In this document: in pieces, positions 8,485 through 19,751 of the stretch | How the letters are laid out: every line of letters begins with the position of its first letter | Numbering within the stretch: position 1 is the stretch's first letter | Made by a program: the position numbers and the translations under genes | Source: a virus | Lineage: Duplodnaviria > Caudoviricetes | Strand: one strand, 5' to 3' | Virus record (IMG/VR): IMGVR_UViG_2843291059_000004 | Coordinates: 32,001 to 96,000 of that record | Length of the DNA stretch: 64,000 nt | Notes under the pieces: model-generated | Seen by the model: only the letters and a program-made list of their open reading frames with translations | The model's database searches: none | Told to the model about the DNA's origin: nothing

Positions 8485-9408
8485 ATTTTTGTGGAAGTAT
8501 TCGATCCAGCCCTTGTATCCTTGCCGGAAACTAATGTATGCAACCTTGCTGCACTTTCTTCCGATAATGTCCGCAAGAGGATCTTTACCATTTCCGAAAC
8601 TAAGTTCTGTAAGATTAAATTCTGGATGAGTTTTGCAGTAGTTATAAACCTTTACATACTCGCCGTTTCTGGTCAGATGTCTTCGGTCTAAAGCCTTTGA
8701 ATGATATCTTCTTTCGAGAATATCATTCAAGCGCGTGAAATAACTATGAATCGTATTCGTAGACATTCTTGAATCACTGTCTGCACCAGTTCTATCCTCT
8801 GTTTTGCGAAGAATGTAATCACCATTTATGACATAAAACGTTCTGTATCCTCCCATATTGGGGGCATCATATTGTTTCATTTCATAACACTGCTTGATGA
8901 TATTCATCAGTCTCGCGTCAACACTGGTCTTATTCAAAACAGTACATGATTCAAAGTCAACATCGTTAATCGTCAGATTGGAAACTTCTTCAGAAGTAAG
9001 GCCAATCCAGTACAGCACGGCAATCACATTCATACGAATCTGATATGGCTCTTCATACTTGTCCAAGAAATCAACAAACTCATCAACTGACGCAAAATAC
9101 TTGTCCTCGTACATATTGTCTGAACTCACATCGCTCTCCGAGAATTCAGCTAAGTCATACATACTCGCTCGATCCTCACTTTTGATGTACCCTGTAATTA
9201 TCGACTTTACATTTCTGAACGACCGACTTGAGTTCACCCAATTGTATTTAGCAAACATCTTTACAAAATCATCTTTTGTGAAGTCAAACAACTCATACCC
9301 ACGCTCGGCCTCGTAATCCATAACATGGTTAAGCGTCGATATAACAAACTCACCGCTTCTATCAGAATACTTTTCGGCAAAAGCTTTGATTTTTTCTTCA
9401 GTAAGCAT
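8482..9408 (-). CDS. Integrase-fold phage repressor, MrpR/YopR-like (catalytically degenerate)
   Basis: SAM-like N-domain (FDFTKDDF), box I LYWIGLTSEEVSNLTINDVDF lacking the catalytic Arg, no HxxR. Confidence 0.6.
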   Translation of the reverse strand: MLTEEKIKAFAEKYSDRSGEFVISTLNHVMDYEAERGYELFDFTKDDFVKMFAKYNWVNSSRSFRNVKSIITGYIKSEDRASMYDLAEFSESDVSSDNMYEDKYFASVDEFVDFLDKYEEPYQIRMNVIAVLYWIGLTSEEVSNLTINDVDFESCTVLNKTSVDARLMNIIKQCYEMKQYDAPNMGGYRTFYVINGDYILRKTEDRTGADSDSRMSTNTIHSYFTRLNDILERRYHSKALDRRHLTRNGEYVKVYNYCKTHPEFNLTELSFGNGKDPLADIIGRKCSKVAYISFRQGYKGWIEYFHKN

Positions 9409-9459
9409 AGTGGCACACTCCTTCTTATTATGTAGTGTACCATTAAACCTGAGAACAAA

Positions 9460-9885
9460 TCAAGCAAATGCGGCAAAATTCTGAAATTCCATAGTATGTT
9501 GTACGCCGCTCAGAAATGCTGCGAGCAAAAATGGTTCATCTTTGCATCTTGCCATTGCAATCATATTCATCTGACGCTCCGACAAAACACCAAGTTTCTT
9601 GATGAACTGTCCTTTGTTAAGTGTATCAGTCTCTTCGCAGAGAACGATACTATCAACCTCTAGGAACTCACAGTCTTCCTTTGAAAGTAGAACATGAACC
9701 GGAGAACGCTTGCATGTTCTTGAAGATAACGGATTCCCCTTGATTGTTGGGCTGAAGAGGTTACGCTTGTTGTTACTTGTCACAACGAACGGTCGAATGC
9801 CGCGCTGCTGATGACCTGTCGCATTAGATAGATCAACCAACCAAACCTCTCCGACCTTTGGGTCAATATTGTTATCCATAGTCAT
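9460..9885 (-). CDS. mazF: PemK/MazF-family endoribonuclease
   Basis: GEVWLVDL..GHQQRGIRPFVVTSN..N..SPT, DSIVLCE..TL.K. Confidence 0.85.
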   Translation of the reverse strand: MTMDNNIDPKVGEVWLVDLSNATGHQQRGIRPFVVTSNNKRNLFSPTIKGNPLSSRTCKRSPVHVLLSKEDCEFLEVDSIVLCEETDTLNKGQFIKKLGVLSERQMNMIAMARCKDEPFLLAAFLSGVQHTMEFQNFAAFA

Positions 9886-9922
9886 TCTCCTCTACAATGA
9901 TGTAGCTCCGTTCCATAGCTAC

Positions 9923-9951
9923 ATTATACAGGATACAATCACAGAAGTCAA
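9923..9951 (-). promoter_or_regulatory. SigA-type promoter for mazF/repressor, overlapped by the 21-bp box at 9916-9936
   Basis: TTGACT-17-TATAAT on minus strand. Confidence 0.7.
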
Positions 9952-9970
9952 GAGGTTTTTGAAAATATTT

Positions 9971-10300
9971 TTAGTGCCCGTACAACTCAGGATTCTCTGA
10001 TACGAACACACTGATATTATTATCGAAGATCATCTCATACGCTTTCTCTGCACAGCCAGACCTAAGTTCAATTCTCCTTACTTCATGGCATTTTTGTCGC
10101 AACTCGATGTGACTCTCATTTCCGAAGAACCCCACGCCATTAACAATCCCCCCCGTCTCTACGCCAATGTCGTCAATCTTTTTGCAGATCATGTGAATAT
10201 CCACACCATTACAAACAAAGCAGACCCACACTCGCTTTTTTCTTATGTACTTTAAAAAATCATCAACCCGTATAACTTTCAAAACCTTTCTATCGCTCAT
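9971..10300 (-). CDS. Hypothetical protein
   Basis: GGAAGG RBS before ATG at 10300. Confidence 0.5.
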   Translation of the reverse strand: MSDRKVLKVIRVDDFLKYIRKKRVWVCFVCNGVDIHMICKKIDDIGVETGGIVNGVGFFGNESHIELRQKCHEVRRIELRSGCAEKAYEMIFDNNISVFVSENPELYGH

Positions 10301-10425
10301 CAAGAATAACCGCCTTCCGCTCACACAAACAACTTTCAAGATATATTATACACAGCCTTTTGTTTTAGTCAATATATTATACATCTTTTTGTTGTATTAT
10401 TTATCAAAATTTTAGATGACGCCAT

Positions 10426-11040
10426 TTACTCAGCATCATCCACAACCAACTTCGAATCATAATAGAACCTATGTGCGCCAAATTGTCCAGCAAAGGTTGC
10501 TCCACGCTCGTGCCAACTGCCGGGAGCTGCAGTCGGGGTTACAAACCATTGAATAGGTTTGTCTGAAATTTTAGCACCATAGTCAAACACCATAGAGACA
10601 GCCAGCTCATTCTCTGCCGTAACCTTTCTATTATATAAGGAACTATAACCATACTTCTTAAAGACCTGCTGGATGGTTAGACCATCAAGTACAGCGGAAT
10701 CATAAAGACATTGAGCAACGGCCATCTGGCCTTCCAAACTGTCAGCACCTGCTTCACAAGCAACAATCTGCTCTGCAAGGGCACGCTCATCATCAGTGAG
10801 TTCATGTTTACCCTGGCTAAAGTTCACCACCTTCGTCTCAACGATTTCCTTTACAAAAATTGTAAGTTCATCGTTTTCATCCTCTTTTGTTGCTTGTGCA
10901 ACATTTGAAGTAAATTGACCATTATAATATGTATACGTGCTTTCAGCTCCAACATTTGGTAACGTTTTCGCTACTAGATTCCCTGCCAGCAAGCACATTA
11001 TACATACAATAGCAACGCTTTGCTCACGATTTATTAACAA
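10426..11040 (-). CDS. SleB-like cell wall hydrolase (Hydrolase_2) with N-terminal signal/TM
   Basis: IVACEAG..GQMAVA, C-terminal FGAHRFY, hydrophobic N-terminus. Confidence 0.75.
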   Translation of the reverse strand: MLINREQSVAIVCIMCLLAGNLVAKTLPNVGAESTYTYYNGQFTSNVAQATKEDENDELTIFVKEIVETKVVNFSQGKHELTDDERALAEQIVACEAGADSLEGQMAVAQCLYDSAVLDGLTIQQVFKKYGYSSLYNRKVTAENELAVSMVFDYGAKISDKPIQWFVTPTAAPGSWHERGATFAGQFGAHRFYYDSKLVVDDAE

Positions 11041-11067
11041 TTTATTAGTGATAAATAAAACCTCCTC

Positions 11068-14000
11068 TCAACTTTCAATCTCCCAATCGCCTGCATTAAA
11101 CTCAGTTGATGGATATACACAATAATCCGACATGAAGCACATGATCTTCTGCCCCGTTCCATAAAAATCATAATCAATAACTTTCATTGTGTCCCCGTCT
11201 TCGGCCACAATAGTCTGTCCAGCTTTTAAAACATCAAAAGTTTTCATAATATTACTCCTAAAATATTGGTTTTATAAATCATGCTCTGCAATGTATGGCC
11301 CATACAGACATCTTTTTACATCGTTGTTGAATAGCATACAAGCCACTTTCCCAAATGTTTGATATGCTGCATCTACGACTTCAAATTGAAGTGCCTCTGG
11401 AACATCTTGCAACTGCAGCAAGTTAAGCGTTCTGCTGTACACTCCGTCGTTTTTATCTTTCTTGAGACATATAACATCAAACATATCATCACAAAGCGCA
11501 AGAAGTTCAGTAGGGCCGAGATTGTTGTTAATGTATCGTCGAGCAGATTCTCGTTTGGAATCTGGAATCACTATAAATTTCATAAGACTGCCTCCTATAA
11601 AAGATTAGTTTTATCGTTATTTTACATACACGATAAAATATGCCTTGTCCATTGGGTGCTCAATCCGCAGAACTTCGTACTTGTCAGCATCTTCCATCGA
11701 AATCTTTGAAACACTATTGTAAATCAAATGCTGTCCATAAACGCCATGACCTTCATTTGCGACAAGTACCGCTTCATCTTTACTCATAACAGATAACAGC
11801 TCGGCCAACTTCATATTAAATCCTCCTTAAATCTTAGCTTTTTTATCAGACTCAGCTAACTGAAGCTCTTCCAACGAAAACGAAAGTCTTCCGCCTCCGC
11901 AAAAAGTAGTGAACTCAACAATGGCAGTATCTCCGTCGATTTCATCGATAATGCCTTCGCACCAATCTTCAGCGTAAACTTTGTCTCCAACTTTCATAAC
12001 TACTCTCTCCTTAAATCTCAGCTTCTATCAAAAATCAGAATGCAGCACTACCGGGGAGCGACTGTCTACATCGCAGAACACACACTCCCATTTTGGAGAT
12101 TCCTCGTAATATTTATAGTTTCCTTGCGGTTTCCATGTTAAAACCAAAACATTTTTTTGACTGCTATAATAAGCAGCATTTACCTCTGTTGCATCACATT
12201 CCCAGCCGCTATCCGTTTCGATAAAAACATCACTTGGTAGCTTTTCCAAAATCTTAATTAACTCTGTAGCAATCATATGAAACTCTCCTAGAACTTAACT
12301 TTCATCACATCAACTACGTTCTTTAATCAAACCATTAGCCGATGCCTCTGCTCTTAATTTTATGAGTTCTTTCTTTGTTTCAAAATTTTTCTCATATCTT
12401 TCCATAAAAGCCCGAACGTTCATGTTCTTCTGGTTATTCGGAAAGATAAATTCATCTAAAATACCATCTTTTGTTACCGTATAAATATCCTTTGATGTAT
12501 ACTGTTTTTTCAATTTCACCTCAAAGCCATGTTTTAATAGCCAAGAGATAGCTAGTTTCTCTTGTTTATTAAAGTCCCATTTTTTATTTTCAAGTCCTTG
12601 TAAATTCATAAGTCCACCTCATTCCATGCTTGCGCATTCTGTGGTTATGCAAAGTTTAACAGCACAACCAATCATAGTCAAGTAATTTCCAACATTTTCA
12701 TAAGAACCCGGATTTTATGACTGTCTACCACGAAGCACATATGCCATTGTGTCTAGTAGATCTGCCACCGAGCACGGATGCGACATAACTTCATTTTCAA
12801 TCAGAAAAGTGTCGTTCATTCTCATCCAAACCGCAATATCTTCAGCTTTGTCGGCAACTACCATTTGTTCATATTCCTTCAAGTCAATCATTACTCTTCT
12901 CCCTTTTTCCGATACTACAGACAAATATTTTATTAACCCTTGTTCATTACTTCCTCAATCTTGCAATTGATAGAATCAATCTCACGCATCAGCTTACAGC
13001 GATAATTTCCGTTCCTGTTAAGTCTGAAACATAAATCCTCATCGTCACTCTTATAACCCATATAGCATCCAGACCTGCACAGGCTTGTCGCATCAAGAGC
13101 GTCTTGGATTACTCGTGCCTCATTAAGAGTCAAATCAATTTTCATCGTTGTTCACCACCTTTACTCTTCTGCCTTTTCTCCGATACCACAGATAAATACC
13201 TTATGTTTTCCATTCTCGTCACGCTGCCAATCACCACCAAGCATCTCAATCGTATGGCACACTGAATAATAAGCTACGGTTGAATTGACGGCCTCTTTGT
13301 CTCTTTCAAAATCATTCGTTTTTATAAAATGCCAGTTGTTATCAAGCCAATTGACTACCCTTATAACCCCTGCACGAAGCTCTTTTTCTTTCTTGTTTGC
13401 CATTTTATTTTACTCATTTGTATTACATATCCTGATTTACAGAGTTCCATGTCTCTGTCGAAATGCTGTCATTCTCATCAGACAGGCAATCAATCCAAGC
13501 ATTGAGCACTTCACGGTACACTGTCATATTTGGACAAAAATGACTGTTGGTGAATACCGGCATATCGTCATTACACAGAATTCTCATAATAGCAGCACAC
13601 ACGGCTGCAGATCTCGATACGCCAGCAGCACAATTTACGCAGAACCAATCGGTCTTATCTGCTTCGTGGTTATCCAAGACAAATTTCACAATATTCCTAG
13701 CTTGAATATCCGTAATACATGTACCTTCTAAATCAGTAGTGCAATCATCAAACTTTAACGGCAGAAAAGTAATATTACCCTCACACTTATGGAAATCAAT
13801 ATGATGACCATTAGCTTCAGTGATTGAGATAAACCGAATCCGTTCAAAATGTGGCTGTCGGATAAAGTCTTCTGCATCTTCTGCACTCATCACTGAAAAT
13901 TTCCACTTTCTCCGATACATCGTAATAATCATTTCGTTTTCCCTCCAAAGAATTTAGGTTTTATCAATAAATGATAAATCAAGATCTTCAAACTCAACCA

Positions 14001-15741
14001 CCTCATAATCTTCTGTTGGGTGGTTTGCATATATTTTTATTGCTTCATTTACTGACGGATGTTTCAGTAAATATAACAATCGTTTCATCCCTTCTTTTGA
14101 GATGTTATACTCTTCCCGAATCATCTCGACTGCTCCTTCAAAGCGCAAACGGATCATTGCCAATTGTTATTATGAGTGCAACATTCAAAGCAAATATCAT
14201 AAACGCGGTCATTCTTTATCACCTCAATCTCTAAATTCAATATCGACAACAATATTTTCTGGCTCTGTCATGTACCTTCGTGCCAGCAGTTCTACCATGC
14301 GTTCCTTGTCCCCAAGATTGCTATTACGCAAAAGATACGAACAAACTTGCTTGCCCCTGTACAAGAACACAGCCCATGCACTTCTCTTTAATGGGTTTGT
14401 GGTCTTAATCATTCCATTGCTTCCTCCAGATATGTAGTCACATCACCAAAATCAAAATCCAGAGCACCAATCATATCATCCAGAGCATCCACAGCATCAG
14501 ACAAATTCGTGCAAGCATTATCCGCTTTATCATATCGTTCACTGCCCTGCAGGTTCTCAGGCATATTGTCACGATACTCTTCTTCTTCCCACTGGATATC
14601 CTCGACATCGGACTTTATGCTTTCGACATCCGCCACAAGTTCTTCCAGCTTCTTACGGATGGAATCAAAACGGTCAATGGTTTGCTTAATAGCTTTTCTA
14701 CGAGTGTTATTCATTTTCAAATCTCCTTTCAATCTACGATACCAAGCTTGCAAATATTTTTCGGATCAGTGATATAACCAAACGTCAATGTGTTTCGCAG
14801 ATATCCTTTGTATTCAAAACCACGGTCACGAGCTGCTAGACGACACACATCTCGAATCGCGGATTCTCTCGGCCAAGAAATACCAGCCACCTGGTATTTC
14901 CACTGAAGATCCCTCAGCTTCTGCCACTCAATCACAGGCTTTTTTTCATTCTCGAAGCACAAACCGTTCTGTACGGCATATTTCAGAGCATCACATCGCT
15001 TACTCTCTTCCGATGTACAAGTTCCCCACTCATTTTCCAGATGACGATACGCTCTATCAAACGGTGCTTGCTTTGCTGCATCAATGCCAAATGCCGCTCC
15101 AAGCAAACCCAAGCCAAGTAACAGTCCCATAATTTAAACCTCCAATTTACTTTTATCAATGTCAAACGTAAAACCATCATCTGTTTCCTGATAGTTCACT
15201 TCATCAAGTGCCTTATCCCGTCGTCTATTCTCTTCCACTATTTTAGCAACATTGGGATGATGCAGATTATACACAAACTGCTTTGCTTCATCGTCTCGCA
15301 AAACGATATCTTCATTCACATAATCACGCTCCTAAAATCACTCTTTTATCAATCATTATACCAATCAAGAAACTTTTCCCATCTCGAAAGTTCATCATCT
15401 GTCATACTCTTCAACCTCATTTCTAAAGATTCTTCAAGTAATTGAATATTTGTGAACTCTTCGTCTGTTGGTGTATATCCTAAAAATAGCGATATAACTT
15501 CAATACTTTCAGGTATAATACCTCTTAAAACTCGTTCAATCTGTGTCATTTATCCTACAACCTCAACACCCATAACGTTTTTTACAACAAAATTATCGTA
15601 TTCACTGAAGCTTTTAACAGCCAAAGATTTTGCTTCAGATTTATTTTCCGAAAACAAAGTCACTGCCGTCTCATATAAAACAGAGAATCCTTCAAGTTGA
15701 TTGTCCTGTACTTTAACAAACACTTTATACCAATTACCCAT
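11068..15741 (-). other. Run of small hypothetical CDSs (11068-11247, 11272-11583, 11617-11814, 11846-11997, 12028-12276, 12310-12609, 12715-12924, 12933-13145, 13161-13403, 13954-14163, 14224-14412, 14409-14753, 14729-15130, 15134-15319, 15349-15549, 15550-15741)
   Basis: Head-to-tail minus-strand ORFs, most with clear SD sequences. Confidence 0.7.
13423..13932 (-). CDS. Cys-based (CX5R) protein tyrosine/dual-specificity phosphatase-like protein
   Basis: VNCAAGVSRSAA P-loop, ISIT, LKFDD, PN motifs. Confidence 0.8.
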   Translation of the reverse strand: MIITMYRRKWKFSVMSAEDAEDFIRQPHFERIRFISITEANGHHIDFHKCEGNITFLPLKFDDCTTDLEGTCITDIQARNIVKFVLDNHEADKTDWFCVNCAAGVSRSAAVCAAIMRILCNDDMPVFTNSHFCPNMTVYREVLNAWIDCLSDENDSISTETWNSVNQDM

Positions 15742-15764
15742 AACAACCTCCTAAAATATTACTT

Positions 15765-16439
15765 TTAAGCATCTTTCTTTATTAGCGGACGTCTATGCGT
15801 CGCATTTTTCAGCCAATCACCATCGCTGGGCATCTCCCTACTCACTCTAAGATTACGACCGCCACCTATCGGACACACTCGACGGTAATCATCAACAGTC
15901 TTGCAGCCAAGAGATTCGGCTTCATCCAGTGCCTTTCGCACATAAGCCCATGTGCTACCGCCTAGATCAGAGCACTTTCCAATCACAGCAAGTACAAGTT
16001 CGTCACCCATGCGCTCAACATATTCTGCCAAAGCTTTCTGCCCAGTAGCACCGAGCTTCCCGATATTCTCTCGAAATACATCCTCGATCGGTTTCGTCGT
16101 TGTCGTCTCATCACAAGACGAAGACGATATCTTATCTTTTTCTTTCTCTTTTTCTTTTTCTAGCTTTGTTTTGCTTGCGTTTGCTTCGTTTTGCTTACGC
16201 TTGCTTTCACCGCCAGCTTTTCCAGAAATGCGCTTACCTTCGATGTATTCGGCATCTTTAATCAAATCTCTCTTGATAGCAGGCCACACGTACCGCTCAT
16301 TTCCGATGAGTTCAGGTTCCGTTCCAGACGATTTATATTTCATCATCGCCAGTACCAGACGCCCCACCTCAGCAGCACTAAGGGGTTCAAAGTAGCTCTC
16401 GTAAGTATCCCAGATTTTAATATAAGTATCAGCCATCAT
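15765..16439 (-). CDS. DnaD/DnaB-domain replication initiator-like protein
   Basis: N-terminal LSAAEVGRLVLAMMKY...GNERYVW, low-complexity KEKEKE linker, C-terminal TWAYVRKAL DnaD-like domain. Confidence 0.75.
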   Translation of the reverse strand: MMADTYIKIWDTYESYFEPLSAAEVGRLVLAMMKYKSSGTEPELIGNERYVWPAIKRDLIKDAEYIEGKRISGKAGGESKRKQNEANASKTKLEKEKEKEKDKISSSSCDETTTTKPIEDVFRENIGKLGATGQKALAEYVERMGDELVLAVIGKCSDLGGSTWAYVRKALDEAESLGCKTVDDYRRVCPIGGGRNLRVSREMPSDGDWLKNATHRRPLIKKDA

Positions 16440-16444
16440 ACACC

Positions 16445-17323
16445 TCACATTGCTACAATTGAACAATGACAATCAACGCCATAGTCGATGTTAGAATAAT
16501 ATTCTCTATCAACGTCTGCATTTAATCCAATGTAGTGAAGCGTAATAGCCTGATTACTGTGATTCAGGCTATGTTGCAACCACGCAAGTGCCATCTGGTC
16601 ATCTTTATGATTCATCATGAATTGATAACCAAAAGTCTTTCGACAACTATGCGTCCCAAGTTTATAAGAAAGCCCTAAGTCTTTTTGAGCTTTTCTCATA
16701 ATCTGTCCAAACGTATCAACATCAATCGGGTCACCTTTCTTCTTTGGATCAGCTTCATATTTTACAACTTTCACTGCATTTGATTTTCCCCCTCCAACTT
16801 TCCAAGAAGAAATACCCCCATTCGTTCTTAATGAATTTTTGCTACTTCCTTTCTGAGATGGGAAAAGCCACGAATGATACGACGGCCTCGTTAGCCGAAT
16901 ATATTCAGCTATAATCTGCATTGTGTTCTGCCCAATTACAACATCGCGATATTTTCCTGTCTTTTTCTCCTTAAAGCGAACATTGACTGTTTCATTAACA
17001 ACAAGTTTTCCATCAACCAGGTGCGATACATCTTCAACTCTAAATCGAAGAAGGTCACTCGCACGAAATCCTGTGGCAATACCAAGATTAAACAAGCACC
17101 AATCTCTATACTTCTTTTTATTATAGAAATATTCAGAAATAGCCTGAATATCTTTTACGTCACGAATCGGTTCAACTTCACCATTTCGTGCCACAGAATA
17201 TCGAGTGATGTTGTAATTTTTTCCTTTAGAATATTGAGTTGTTTCTTGATTAACATCTTCATCTAAATATTCGTCAATACTTATAAAATCCGATTCATAC
17301 TCTTCCTGTGCTAATGCTCCCAT
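16445..17323 (-). CDS. Tyrosine recombinase (compact, catalytically intact)
   Basis: TGFRASDLL (R), KEKKTGK (K), THSCRKTFG (HxxR), LNHS (H), TLHYIG (Y). Confidence 0.9.
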   Translation of the reverse strand: MGALAQEEYESDFISIDEYLDEDVNQETTQYSKGKNYNITRYSVARNGEVEPIRDVKDIQAISEYFYNKKKYRDWCLFNLGIATGFRASDLLRFRVEDVSHLVDGKLVVNETVNVRFKEKKTGKYRDVVIGQNTMQIIAEYIRLTRPSYHSWLFPSQKGSSKNSLRTNGGISSWKVGGGKSNAVKVVKYEADPKKKGDPIDVDTFGQIMRKAQKDLGLSYKLGTHSCRKTFGYQFMMNHKDDQMALAWLQHSLNHSNQAITLHYIGLNADVDREYYSNIDYGVDCHCSIVAM

Positions 17324-17338
17324 ATACTATATCTCCTT

Positions 17339-17563
17339 TTAGATTCCGTATTTCAAACAATATTTCCCATATGACAATCCTTCTGCATCAGCTAATCTTG
17401 TGATCTCAACAAATGTTGGCTTATGCTTCTTTTTATTTTTACACCTAATAGATGCCTCGTTTCTAATAATTTTACGACATTTATCACAATAAAGTCTGCC
17501 ACATTTTGGTCCATACCATGTAATACCACAGCGATTACACGTTATATCTCCATACACCATCAT
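17339..17563 (-). CDS. Zn-finger hypothetical protein
   Basis: CNRC...YCDKC, GLSYGKY. Confidence 0.6.
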   Translation of the reverse strand: MMVYGDITCNRCGITWYGPKCGRLYCDKCRKIIRNEASIRCKNKKKHKPTFVEITRLADAEGLSYGKYCLKYGI

Positions 17564-17566
17564 ACC

Positions 17567-17815
17567 TTATACCTCAAATTCATCAATCATCCACTGATGC
17601 TTGTAATAATAGCCTTCACTCTCTTCTGTTACCAGAGCGCTAAAACTATCAATATAGGACTCTTCACTTGCATCTGGATGGCTCTCTTTGCATTCCATAT
17701 AAGCCAGCTTCATCAATTCATATAGCTTCTTTTCGTCAGAAGAAACCTCAATTACATTTGCCTCTGCATAGAATTCCGTTTCTTCATAACAGTCATGTAA
17801 AACATAAATTCTCAT
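17567..17815 (-). CDS. Hypothetical protein
   Basis: GAGGT RBS, acidic small ORF. Confidence 0.6.
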   Translation of the reverse strand: MRIYVLHDCYEETEFYAEANVIEVSSDEKKLYELMKLAYMECKESHPDASEESYIDSFSALVTEESEGYYYKHQWMIDEFEV

Positions 17816-17825
17816 AATATGTACC

Positions 17826-18446
17826 TCAGTTCTTTTCAAACAAATCGTTACGAATCTTCGGAGTAAACTTACGATTGCCAAGTTGTTCAATAGCAGTTTC
17901 CAACCTACCATCTACCCAGCCCTTATCTTCTTCATTCATAATGATTTCAAGCAAAAACTTTGCGTCCTTAGCTTCCCTACGCTTCCGCCGAGCCCTTTTA
18001 AGTTCTGCCATAAGCTGATAACCTTGCGCTGCGTTTACAGTCTTGAACTCAATAGCGTGTTCCAGATCATCAATCTCGTCGCCTGCAGCAGTCAGGTCAC
18101 CATACACTTTTGAATACATTTCATTCAGATTGCACATAGTCCTATCCGTAATAACCAAATCCTTTTTAAGTTTTGCAAGCCATTCAGAATCTTCCATCTG
18201 AAATGCGTATGTATTCGGCTTATCAGCCGGAGCTGCTATATTTGGACTCTTACCAACAATGGTGGCCTCGTCCATAGACTTTGGCGTGTAGTGTCCATTC
18301 TTATACCCGGCGGGAAGCTTATTGATTTCACAAATCGCCAGTCCCTTAGATTCAAACTGTAATGCCAGATTGATATCACAAGTAGCACAGATTCGACCTC
18401 CTTTCCGTTTCATAATATAGTTATGACCATTCGATATCACATACAT
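17826..18446 (-). CDS. Hypothetical coiled-coil phage protein
   Basis: DLEHAIEF..NAAQGY..RRKRREAKD pattern. Confidence 0.6.
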   Translation of the reverse strand: MYVISNGHNYIMKRKGGRICATCDINLALQFESKGLAICEINKLPAGYKNGHYTPKSMDEATIVGKSPNIAAPADKPNTYAFQMEDSEWLAKLKKDLVITDRTMCNLNEMYSKVYGDLTAAGDEIDDLEHAIEFKTVNAAQGYQLMAELKRARRKRREAKDAKFLLEIIMNEEDKGWVDGRLETAIEQLGNRKFTPKIRNDLFEKN

Positions 18447-19751
18447 TTACTTCTTCTCCTGTTCTTTCATCAACTGCTTCACAGCCTTCTTAAACATCCG
18501 CATAGCATTATCACTTTCCAGGAAAACCTTAGTCTTCGGTTTGGGCATACAGCCATGAGCACGTTTGTATGCCTTCAACATACTTTCCATCTTTGTATAA
18601 CCAATCTGGTCATAAATCATACGGTAAGTCTTATGATAATGAATTGTATTGTCTCCAATTTTCTTTGCCAAAGGTTCAACAACTGGAACCAGTTTTAATG
18701 CTGTCTCACTCTGCTTCTTAGGCTTCTCATTAACAACTTCCTTGGCTTCCACCTCAACCACGGGAGCATCGTTCGCATTTACTTCAGGAATTACTTCAAT
18801 GGTCTTCAAAGCAGGACGAAGTTCATTCTGATTCTGGTGCAGACGCTCAATAGATGCTGCATACATATCTGCAACAACTGACCCCATAACGGATTTCCAA
18901 GTGGAGTCCTCTTCAATAATGTCAATCGTAGAGATTTTCCCACTACGATTCGTTCTCTTAATATACTTTGCACGAGCATCTTCCAAAACGAAACCATAAT
19001 TACGATTTAAATATTCATAGATCTTGTGAAGCGTTTCTTTATTCGTGTAACCTTTGGTATTTGCAATTACACCAATCTTGCTATACAAATCTTTACGCCA
19101 GTTACTCATTTCATCCTGAAACACATTGCGAGGAGTGTAGCTCTTAGCACGAATCGCGTTATCCATCTGCTTATCCTTAATCTGATGAACGCACTGAGAT
19201 ACGCTGCTGATTACATTCAGTGCCTCATTACTGGTAGCACGAGCCTCCTCAATCTGTTCACTGAGATCCTTACGGGTGGAATCAAGTTCACTCTGAAGGT
19301 TCTTCACACTATCAAACAAAGCATGAAGTCTAACATCAATGAACTCCTTACTCAGTGCAGCATCCATCTGAGGCGTAGCCAGAACGGTATCACCACGCAT
19401 CAAGGATTCCATGATGTCCCAGCAGAAATCCATGAACGCATCTGCCTTTGGCTGACGACTAAAGCGGCAAATCTCCATTACGCCACGCAGATTATACATA
19501 TAAGTTTGACGCATCTGCGTATGATTTCCGACCTCAGTGGTCAAATTGACCACCGAGCTCAATGGATTAAGACGATCTGCGTTACGGTCATGAATCTTAG
19601 AAATATTGCGAACAGGGTCTGTATATTCCAGCGCCGCACCAATCTGTTCACGGGTCATGTAATACTGGTGCTTATTATCCTCGTACACATCCACATTCAG
19701 TGCACCAAAAGGCTTAGATGTTATTACGGTCATAGAATTGTTAGTAGTCAT
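18447..19751 (-). CDS. BRO-N domain antirepressor-like protein
   Basis: MTREQIGAALEY..ISKIHDRN..YNLRGVMEICRFSRQPKADAFMDF. Confidence 0.8.
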   Translation of the reverse strand: MTTNNSMTVITSKPFGALNVDVYEDNKHQYYMTREQIGAALEYTDPVRNISKIHDRNADRLNPLSSVVNLTTEVGNHTQMRQTYMYNLRGVMEICRFSRQPKADAFMDFCWDIMESLMRGDTVLATPQMDAALSKEFIDVRLHALFDSVKNLQSELDSTRKDLSEQIEEARATSNEALNVISSVSQCVHQIKDKQMDNAIRAKSYTPRNVFQDEMSNWRKDLYSKIGVIANTKGYTNKETLHKIYEYLNRNYGFVLEDARAKYIKRTNRSGKISTIDIIEEDSTWKSVMGSVVADMYAASIERLHQNQNELRPALKTIEVIPEVNANDAPVVEVEAKEVVNEKPKKQSETALKLVPVVEPLAKKIGDNTIHYHKTYRMIYDQIGYTKMESMLKAYKRAHGCMPKPKTKVFLESDNAMRMFKKAVKQLMKEQEKK

